Position numbers and translations under genes: made by a program. A stretch of DNA of 64,000 bases, from the NCBI GenBank assembly GCA_963711565.1, contig CAVQEQ010000004.1, forward strand, positions 320,001 to 384,000. Reading direction: 5' to 3'. Below, piece after piece: positions 57,050-64,000 of the stretch (positions within the stretch are counted from its first letter, which is position 1; the number at the start of each line of letters is the position of its first letter). The notes under the pieces are model-generated. The model did not search any database, was not told the origin of the DNA, and worked only from the letters and a program-made list of their open reading frames with translations. This DNA is from an uncultured delta proteobacterium. GTDB taxonomy: Bacteria; Desulfobacterota; Binatia; Binatales; Binataceae.

Positions 57050-58486
57050 ATGAGAGGTCGGGCGTTCATCGGCCATTCAATCCCACGACGACCTCAATCG
57101 TTTCGCATGGGCGCGAGCGTACGCCTCGTCCTCGCCGTCGTGATCGCCGCCGGCATCTGCGCGTGCGGGCATTCCGAGTCTGATTCATCGGCGCCACCGA
57201 AGAATCCCGCCGCGGGCCAGTGGCAGGCGGAAATTTCCAACCCCAGCGGCCAGCGTCAGCAATGCGTGATGGAAATCGGCGATATGGGGCAGATCGCCTA
57301 CAGCGATTCGTGCCCGATGCCGCTGACGAGTCAGCAGGCCACTATCACCACCGTCCCCAACGGCACCTATGCGCCGAACCTTTACGTCACCGGCAAGGAC
57401 AGCGGCACCTTCATGATTATGGGAGGCGGCATCTCGGGGATGGTCGGAGCGTTTCGCGTCGAGGGCAAACATATGACGACCCGAACCGCCCCCGGCGCCG
57501 ATATCGAATGGACGCGCACCTCGTCCGAGACCCCAATGCGGAGCGCGGCCGCAAGCCGGGTGCTTCCGGGACAAATCCAATGGCCGATGAACGACGTGCC
57601 GGCTATCGCGGATCGTGCAACCGCGTACGTTCGGACCAAATGGCAACCTGACGCGTTCCTGACGTTGATCCAGATGGAACTGACTACCGGCATTACCAAT
57701 GCGCAATCCCCCGACGGGGGTGTGCTGGTCCAGTTCAACTTCTACTCTCCCGGACAGCAGCAGACGCTGACCTTTATGCCCAATTCGCCCACCAGCGAGT
57801 TGATTCCCGGCTCCAGTGCCGATCCCCGCGATGAGCGCGCGTTGCCTGCGAGCTTTATGGACCTGCCCGACGCGGTAGCAAAACTGCGCGCGAAAGGGCT
57901 GCGCGCCAAGCGGATCAAGACCGCACATCTCGAAAACTATGGCCGCGGCTCATATGTCGCCGGTGGCATCGGCGTCTTCGGCTCCGAATGGGTCATTGAC
58001 TCGGCTTTCGACGAGGAAGGCGCGGCACTGGCCGAGTTGCCGGATCAAAACGTCGCCAGCCTCGCCGACTCCAACGAGGATGTGGAAGGAGATCAATCGC
58101 AGAAGCAGAGCCTGATCCATGTCGAAATCGCGGGGCTGCGAAACAACCGCGGCAACGCGTATTGCTGGCTGTTTCAGTCGGCCGACGGTTTCCCCTCGAA
58201 CAGCGCCGGCAACGTGGAGAGCACTGCGTCAACGATCAGCAATCGACGCTCCTCGTGTGACTTCGAAAGCCCGCAGCCCGGCAATTACGCGATCGTGGTG
58301 TTCCACGACGAGGACGGCTCTCATGTGCTCGAGCTGAATCCGAACGGTACCCCGCGCGAGGGCGTTGGAGTGTCGAACAATCCCAACGTTGCTTCTGGAC
58401 TACCAAGCTACAGCGCGGCGAAGTTTCCCTACAGAACCGGCACTCTGAATTTGACGATAAACGTGAGGTATCCGTCCGGACCGTAG
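57050..58486 (+). CDS. Multidomain lipoprotein with C-terminal DUF2141 domain; start at 57050 or 57107
   Basis: GICAC lipobox; GLRNNRG...GNYAIVVFHDED...P.EGVGVSNN. Confidence 0.75.
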   Translation: MRGRAFIGHSIPRRPQSFRMGASVRLVLAVVIAAGICACGHSESDSSAPPKNPAAGQWQAEISNPSGQRQQCVMEIGDMGQIAYSDSCPMPLTSQQATITTVPNGTYAPNLYVTGKDSGTFMIMGGGISGMVGAFRVEGKHMTTRTAPGADIEWTRTSSETPMRSAAASRVLPGQIQWPMNDVPAIADRATAYVRTKWQPDAFLTLIQMELTTGITNAQSPDGGVLVQFNFYSPGQQQTLTFMPNSPTSELIPGSSADPRDERALPASFMDLPDAVAKLRAKGLRAKRIKTAHLENYGRGSYVAGGIGVFGSEWVIDSAFDEEGAALAELPDQNVASLADSNEDVEGDQSQKQSLIHVEIAGLRNNRGNAYCWLFQSADGFPSNSAGNVESTASTISNRRSSCDFESPQPGNYAIVVFHDEDGSHVLELNPNGTPREGVGVSNNPNVASGLPSYSAAKFPYRTGTLNLTINVRYPSGP

Positions 58487-58519
58487 AAGCGCGAAGACGC
58501 GGCCTTTACTCGTTTGTCC

Positions 58520-59773
58520 TTATAGCGGCAGGTCCTTCATCCCCGCCTTCGGCGCGCCGACCAGCGCGACCATTTTGCCCTCGGGCGCGCGGTTTTCATG
58601 CATCGCCTGATGGCATTCGGGAATCTCTTCGAACTTGAAGGTCTTCGCGAGGCACGGATCGATCTTGCCGTCGAGCACCAGCTGATTGAACGCGTAGGCC
58701 TGCTCGTCGTTGGCGAAATGCGATCCCTGCAAGCGCTTCTGCCGCATCCACAGGTAGCGCAAATCCGCCACCGCGTTGTAGCCGGTGGTACCCGCGCAGA
58801 TGACGACCATCCCGCCCGTGTCGCATACGAACACCGAAGTGGGAATCGTATCTTCGCCGGGATGCTCGAATACGATGCGCGGATTTTTCCGCTCGCCGAC
58901 GATGTCCCAAATTGCTTTGCCGAACGCGCGGCATTCCGCCGCCCACTTGTTGTACGCCGCGGTCTCCTTCCAGTGCGGCATCATGCCCCAGTGCAAATAT
59001 TTTTTCCGGTTGATACATCCCCGGGCGCCTAGCTTCATGCAGAAATCAATTTTGCGATCGTCGCCAACGATCCCCACCGGAATTCCGCCCTCGGCCTTGA
59101 CGATCTGGATCGCCATGCATCCAAGCCCGCCCGACGCGCCCCAAATCAACACCACGTCGTCGCGGCGGACGACGTGCGGCGCCCATCCCATCAGCATCCG
59201 GTACGCGGTCGCTCCCACCAGCGTCGGTCCCGCCGCTTCTTCCCACGTCAGATGCGACGCCTTGGGCATGCACTGATGCGCCTGTACCCGACAGAACTGC
59301 GCGAAGCTGCCCCAGTTGGTTTCGTAGCCCCAGATTTTGAAGGTCGGGTCGTACATCGGATCGTCGCCGTTGCGGACGGCGGCCGAATGGCGATCCCAGA
59401 CGCCGCAATGAATCACGACGCGGTCGCCGACCTTGACGTTGTGCACGTCATGCCCGGTCGCATAGACGATTCCCGACGCGTCGCTGCCGCCGATATGAAA
59501 ATCCGAATGATCGTACTTCGACTTCTGGCGCGCGCCGATCACGTCTACCGGCGAGCCGAGCGCCGCCCACACGTTGTTGAAATTGACGCCCGCCGCCATC
59601 ACGTAAACGAGCACTTCGTCGGGCCGGATTTCCGGCACCGCGATTTTCTCGACTTTGAACGCATGCATCGGGTCGCCGAACCGGTCCGCGCGGATCACCT
59701 GCGCATACATCTGCTTCGGCACCTGTCCGATCGGAGGCACCTGGCCTATTTCGTAAATTTCCTTTTGGCTCAT
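58520..59773 (-). CDS. ccr: Crotonyl-CoA carboxylase/reductase
   Basis: [61 protein letters not shown]. Confidence 0.95.
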   Translation of the reverse strand: MSQKEIYEIGQVPPIGQVPKQMYAQVIRADRFGDPMHAFKVEKIAVPEIRPDEVLVYVMAAGVNFNNVWAALGSPVDVIGARQKSKYDHSDFHIGGSDASGIVYATGHDVHNVKVGDRVVIHCGVWDRHSAAVRNGDDPMYDPTFKIWGYETNWGSFAQFCRVQAHQCMPKASHLTWEEAAGPTLVGATAYRMLMGWAPHVVRRDDVVLIWGASGGLGCMAIQIVKAEGGIPVGIVGDDRKIDFCMKLGARGCINRKKYLHWGMMPHWKETAAYNKWAAECRAFGKAIWDIVGERKNPRIVFEHPGEDTIPTSVFVCDTGGMVVICAGTTGYNAVADLRYLWMRQKRLQGSHFANDEQAYAFNQLVLDGKIDPCLAKTFKFEEIPECHQAMHENRAPEGKMVALVGAPKAGMKDLPL

Positions 59774-60036
59774 TTATATGGTTACCACCGGCGCGATGCT
59801 CTCGGGCGAGCGACGGTCTCGGTTGGCTCCAGTCCTGGTTTGAAGCTGCGGCATTGCGCGCCGGAATTAGCTACCTGTTTGCCACCGGTTTGACAATACT
59901 AGCCTTTCGGGAGTTGGGGAACGGCCGAGGCGGCGCGCCGAGTTCACGCTTGATCCGCGGATCAAACGCACGGAATCGTTCCTCGCGTAACCCGCACTTT
60001 GTGGCGTCAATCGCGCGCAATTATTACATTCTGATT

Positions 60037-60118
60037 TGCAGCTCATCTCCTCCCCCGAGATAGCTGGGCACGCTTGGCCACATGCCCTCATGGTGAAGCC
60101 AACGCGTGCCTTTTTTTT
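60037..60118 (+). ncRNA. Candidate small RNA: C-rich-loop hairpin plus terminator
   Basis: CAGCT.ATCTC-CTCCCCC-GAGATAGCTG, then a GGCACGC...GCGTGCC stem and T8. No plus-strand gene upstream; TACATT at 60025. Confidence 0.5.
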
Positions 60119-60131
60119 CGAGGAAAGAGCC

Positions 60132-60160
60132 GGGATTCTTCGCTTCGCTCAAGAATGACA
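60132..60160 (-). repeat. Repeat family C copy
   Basis: GGGATTCTTCGCTTCGCTCAAGAATGACA, followed by degenerate AATGACAC reiterations to ~60212. Confidence 0.78.
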
Positions 60161-60260
60161 CAGGAAAGGAACGACACGGCGGAAAGGAATGACACGGCAA
60201 TGAATGACACAGGCAAAAACCTGAGAGCAAAATGGCGTCCTCGCCATTTTGCGATTATCA

Positions 60261-60331
60261 CTGGGTGCAGGGGTCAGCCCCTGCCCAAGGAAGCATGAAA
60301 CCCAGGCGGGTTTCATTAAAATCAAGTCGTT
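60261..60331 (+). repeat. Repeat family A copy
   Basis: CTGGGTGCAGGGGTCAGCCCCTGCCCAAGGAAGCATGAAACCCAGGCGGGTTTCATTAAAATCAAGTCGTT. Confidence 0.88.
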
Positions 60332-60446
60332 CCAGCTCCGCTCCTCCCCTCGGTTGACGCGCCACCTCTAATTCCATAAAAAACGGATTCGGCTTCAGGA
60401 CTTTTCGCAACTCTACGGACACAGGAAGCAAGGCAGCCTGACCAAT

Positions 60447-60917
60447 ATGGCGGTGCGCAAAATCGAGCGTGGCCACTACTTCGAGGACTTCGAGGTCGGC
60501 CATCTTTTCAAGCATCACTGGGGTCGCACCATCACCGAAGGCGACAACAGCTTTTTCTCCAGCGTCACGATGAATTTCAACCCGAGCTACTTTAATCGCG
60601 AGTATGCGCAGTCGCTCGGCTACAAGAACGTCGTCGTCAATCACATGCTCGTGATGAACGTGGTGTTCGGGCTGTCGGTCGAGGACCTGAGCGAGCGTGC
60701 GATCGCGCATCTTGGCTACGAAAAAATGAAATGGCACGAGACCGTCTATCCCGGCGACACGATCACGTCGGAGTCGCTCGTGCTGTCCAAGCGCGACACT
60801 TCGCGGCCCGATCGCGGCGTCGTCAAGTTCCGCACCACTGGCTACAACCAACGCAGCGAAAAGGTGCTCGAATACGAGCGCCCGGTCCTGATTCGCAAGC
60901 GCAACCCGTCTTCATAG
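60447..60917 (+). CDS. MaoC-family (hot-dog) dehydratase 1
   Basis: YFEDFEVG...GRTITEGDN, MNFNP, VYPGDT, DRGVV. Confidence 0.9.
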   Translation: MAVRKIERGHYFEDFEVGHLFKHHWGRTITEGDNSFFSSVTMNFNPSYFNREYAQSLGYKNVVVNHMLVMNVVFGLSVEDLSERAIAHLGYEKMKWHETVYPGDTITSESLVLSKRDTSRPDRGVVKFRTTGYNQRSEKVLEYERPVLIRKRNPSS

Positions 60918-60970
60918 CAGGCTGTAAATGAATCGAACTCGCAGATCTTTCTGGAAACGTCTCTTTTCTG

Positions 60971-61074
60971 TTCCCCCGTTCCATTTTGGAAAGGGGGCGA
61001 GGGGGATAGGACGGCACGATTCCTTTTTTACTATTTCCGCTTCCCATCTATGGGAAGGGGCCAGGGGTTAGGTT
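60971..61074 (-). repeat. Two family-B-like palindromic elements in tandem
   Basis: CCCCCGTTCCA..TGGAAAGGGGGCGAGGGGGATAGG and CTTCCCATCTATGGGAAGGGGCCAGGGGTTAGGTT; the second ends 6 nt before the ATG. Confidence 0.75.
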
Positions 61075-61080
61075 TTTCAG

Positions 61081-62247
61081 ATGCCGCTAGTTACGCCTGA
61101 GCATGAATTTATCCGGCGCTCGGTCCGCGAGTTCGTCGAGGCAGAGGTCAAGCCCATCGCCAACGACCTCGACCGCGCTAACAAGGAAATCCCTGAAAAA
61201 ATCCTGAAGCAGATGGCCGAGCTCGGCTACTTCGGCGTGATCTTTCCGGTCGAAGAGGGCGGGATGGGGCTCGACTACATATCGATGGCGATTGTCACCG
61301 AGGAACTGTCGCGCGGATGGCTCAGCGTCGGCTCCGTGATGACCCGCAACATCATTACCGGCACTCTGATCAGCGCCAACGGCACGCCCGAGCAGAAAAA
61401 GAAATTCCTGCCGCCGATCGCGCGCGGCGAGATTCTGACCGCCGCCGCATTCACCGAGCCCGACTCGGGCAGCGACACGGCGTCGTTCAAAACGCGCGCG
61501 GTCAAACACGGCGATGGCTATCACATCAAGGGCTCGAAGATGTGGTGTACGTTCGCCAATCGCGCGCACATGCTCACCGTCATGACGCGCACCGACCCAG
61601 ACATGTCGAAGAAGCACAAAGGGCTGTCGCTGATCCTGTTCGAGAAGAAGCCCGGCGACGACTTCATGCCGCCGCAGTTGACCGGCTCGCCGATTCCGAC
61701 GATCGGCTACCACGGGATGCGCAGTTACGCGCTGCAATTCGACGACGCGTTCGCACCTAAGGCGAACCTGATTGGCGGCGTCGAAGGGCGCGGATTTTAC
61801 CAGTTGATGGCGAGTTACGAGGCGGCGCGCATCCAGACCGCCGCGCGCGGCGTCGGCGTTGCGCAGGCGGCGTTCGAGTGCGCGGTCAAGTACGCGAAAG
61901 ATCGCAAGCAGTTCGGGCAACCGATCGGCGACTTCCAGGTGATTCGGCACAAGCTCGCGCACATGGCCGTCGAAATCGAAGCGGCGCGCCAGCTTTGCTA
62001 CTTCGCCGCCGCCGAAAAAGACACCGGCAAGCGATGCGACTACGAGGCCGGCCTCGCCAAGGCGTTCGCCGCCGAGATGGCCGAGCGGGTCACGCGCGAG
62101 GCGATGCAGGTGCATGGCGGATACGGCTACTCGATGGAGTTCGAGGCGCAGCGCTTCTGGCGCGACGCGCGCGTGCTGTCGATCTTCGAGGGCACCAGCG
62201 AGATTCAGTACGAAGTCATCGGCCGGCGCATCATGGAGCAGAACTGA
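61081..62247 (+). CDS. Acyl-CoA dehydrogenase, likely (2S)-methylsuccinyl-CoA dehydrogenase (short form)
   Basis: EELSRG..VGS..TR, FTEPDSGSD, IGYHGM, ARIQTAAR, SIFEGTSEIQ; clustered with ccr. Confidence 0.85.
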   Translation: MPLVTPEHEFIRRSVREFVEAEVKPIANDLDRANKEIPEKILKQMAELGYFGVIFPVEEGGMGLDYISMAIVTEELSRGWLSVGSVMTRNIITGTLISANGTPEQKKKFLPPIARGEILTAAAFTEPDSGSDTASFKTRAVKHGDGYHIKGSKMWCTFANRAHMLTVMTRTDPDMSKKHKGLSLILFEKKPGDDFMPPQLTGSPIPTIGYHGMRSYALQFDDAFAPKANLIGGVEGRGFYQLMASYEAARIQTAARGVGVAQAAFECAVKYAKDRKQFGQPIGDFQVIRHKLAHMAVEIEAARQLCYFAAAEKDTGKRCDYEAGLAKAFAAEMAERVTREAMQVHGGYGYSMEFEAQRFWRDARVLSIFEGTSEIQYEVIGRRIMEQN

Positions 62248-62249
62248 AC

Positions 62250-62732
62250 GTGAGCATCACCAGCGACGGCAGCTACTTCGAGGATTTCACGGTCGGCGAC
62301 ACGCTCGTCCATCAGCGCGGCCGCACGATCACCGAGGCCGACAATCACAACTTCACTTCGCTCGTGATGAACACCGCGGAACTGCACTTCAACCAGGACT
62401 TGATCGACAGGAATCCCGGCGCGTACGTCGGCGGCAAGCTGCTGGTATACGGCGGCGTCGTACTGGCGTTCACAGTCGGCCTCGCGTCGGAGGACACCAG
62501 CGAGAACGCGATCGCCGAAGTCGAGATGGACAACGGCAAGCATACCAACCCCGTCTTCCACGGCGACACGATCTACGCGGAGTCCACCGTGCTCGAGAAG
62601 CGCGACGCCGACCGGCCGGACGCGGGACTGGTGAAATTCAAATTGATTGGCAAAAAGCCGGACGGTACTGTCGTCGTTGAAATCGAGCGCACCGTTTTGA
62701 TCAAGCGCAAGAGTCACTATCTGCCGGCCTAA
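62250..62732 (+). CDS. MaoC-family (hot-dog) dehydratase 2
   Basis: YFEDFTVG...GRTITEADN, MNTAELH, PVFHGDTIYAES. Confidence 0.88.
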   Translation: MSITSDGSYFEDFTVGDTLVHQRGRTITEADNHNFTSLVMNTAELHFNQDLIDRNPGAYVGGKLLVYGGVVLAFTVGLASEDTSENAIAEVEMDNGKHTNPVFHGDTIYAESTVLEKRDADRPDAGLVKFKLIGKKPDGTVVVEIERTVLIKRKSHYLPA

Positions 62733-62787
62733 TCCGTACTCTAATAATCGATTAGTCAAATATTTTACTAGCAGGAGAAGTCCATCA

Positions 62788-63825
62788 ATGTACGTTTTGG
62801 ACAAAGGCACGCGCTTCGTAATCCCGCGCACCGAGATGACCTATCCCGGTCACAACATGAAGCTGCACGTCACTGCCGCCGACGCAGTGAAGGCGCCCGT
62901 CGATCACGTGATGGCGGACTTCGAGGACGCGTGCCCGTATGAGTTCAAGGGCGAGAAGAGCCGCAAGGTGATGGTCGAAGCGCTCAACACGCTTGACTTC
63001 GGCAAGAAGGTCGTGACGGTGCGGCCCAACAATATCCATTCGAAATTCTTCAAGGGCGACATGGAGGCGATCGTGCTCGGCGCGCCGAATCGTTTTCACG
63101 GCATCATGCTGCCGAAGACGCGCGGCCCTGAGGAGATTCGCGAGGTGTCGAAGCTGCTCGACGATCTCGAAAAGCGCGCGGGCTGGAAGTACCGCATTCA
63201 GATCGAGTCGCTGATCGAGACGCCGCACGCGCTCATACACGCGTACGAAATCGCCAAGGCGTCAGACAGAATGTGCGGGCTGGTGTTCGGCATCGCCGAC
63301 TACGCGGCGAACCTCGGCATCCGCGAGATCGTCGAGAATCAGAACCAGAATTTTCACTACTCGAAGCAGGCGGTGGTGGTCGCCGCGAAAGCCGCCGGCC
63401 TCCACGCGATCGACAACGTCTATCTGCGGTTGTGGCGCAACACCGATTCACCCGAGCGCGTCAAGGAACTGCAGGCGGGGCTGCGCGAGAAGAACGTCGG
63501 CGCCGCCAATCTCGGGATGGACGGCACGTGGGTGATACATCCGCAGCAGGCGGAGATCGCGAACTCGTGCTACACGCCGAGCGTCGATCAGGTCGAAGAA
63601 GCGCGCCGAGTGATCAAGCTCTACCACGAGAAGGGCGGCGGCTCGATGGCCGATCCGAAGTCAGGCGAGATGATCGACGAAGCGACGATCAAGATCGGCC
63701 TGATGGATCTGGCCAAGGGCGCGCAGGCCGGGATGGTATCCGACACGGAGCTGCGCGACTGGTCGGCAAAGAGCCGCGAGATCACTGGCTACGACATCCT
63801 CGAACTGATGCGCCGCGTCGCCTGA
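62788..63825 (+). CDS. CitE/malyl-CoA lyase family CoA-ester lyase
   Basis: PRTEMTYPG, DFEDA, VRPN, LPK, LIET, FGIADYAA, IHPQQ. Confidence 0.88.
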   Translation: MYVLDKGTRFVIPRTEMTYPGHNMKLHVTAADAVKAPVDHVMADFEDACPYEFKGEKSRKVMVEALNTLDFGKKVVTVRPNNIHSKFFKGDMEAIVLGAPNRFHGIMLPKTRGPEEIREVSKLLDDLEKRAGWKYRIQIESLIETPHALIHAYEIAKASDRMCGLVFGIADYAANLGIREIVENQNQNFHYSKQAVVVAAKAAGLHAIDNVYLRLWRNTDSPERVKELQAGLREKNVGAANLGMDGTWVIHPQQAEIANSCYTPSVDQVEEARRVIKLYHEKGGGSMADPKSGEMIDEATIKIGLMDLAKGAQAGMVSDTELRDWSAKSREITGYDILELMRRVA

Positions 63826-63940
63826 GTCCGTTCGCAATTTTCGTTAGAGGGCTCTCGATCCGAAAATTCTGACCAGACGATTTTCGCGAGGTGCGATGTC
63901 GGCATTTGCCAGCCCCCGTAGCAACAACGCATACAGTGCG

Positions 63941-64000
63941 TCACTGCGGGGGTGCGGGCGTCGGCGTGGCGGTCGGCAATGGAAACACGGGCTGACCGAT
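63941..64000 (-). CDS. 3' end of a gene running off the window (Pro/Thr-rich tail)
   Basis: Minus strand reads IGQPVFPLPTATPTPAPPQ-stop. Confidence 0.4.
   Translation of the reverse strand: MGQPVFPLPTATPTPAPPQ

Noticed and set aside
63880-64000. Possible group II intron start (GTGCG) or structured RNA at the window end
   Set aside because: No supporting intron domains visible; better explained as a convergent gene end plus hairpin.
1-64000. tRNA, rRNA, transposase, integrase or prophage genes
   Set aside because: No cloverleaf, rRNA-like, DDE, HUH or recombinase signatures were found by eye.

Overview
A GC-rich bacterial chromosomal segment. Gene content and order (rpsF-priB-like-rpsR-DUF2232-rplI, DUF1329, ISC, LLM oxidoreductase) suggest a Binatota/deltaproteobacterial-type organism; this is inference only. 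Core loci: purB-purCSQLF (purF split by one extra base), the S6/S18/L9 operon with its leader RNA, glgC, PMM/PGM and manC, a class A PBP, trmI, an orphan secF, and an ISC operon lacking iscR and fdx but preceded by two IscR-type boxes. Accessory loci: (i) a bufferin-like RiPP cluster (Cys-rich secreted precursor, DUF692/MNIO, DUF2063) divergent from a SigR/SigH-like ECF sigma and membrane-anchored ZAS anti-sigma, with a CopD-like gene nearby; (ii) a TAT-exported PaoABC-like molybdoenzyme with an apparent Fe-S/Mo fusion; (iii) a compact ethylmalonyl-CoA-like cluster (ccr, short Mcd-like dehydrogenase, two single MaoC genes, CitE/Mcl-like lyase). Intergenic DNA carries at least four families of palindromic repeats: one two-hairpin family with compensatory base changes, one that overlaps gene ends and RBS regions, and one inverted pair bracketing a whole gene. 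There is also a candidate sRNA with an anti-SD loop, two sigma-54-like promoters and several small Zn-ribbon ORFs. I found no rRNA, tRNA, CRISPR array or transposase. All family calls come from motif recognition, not database searches.
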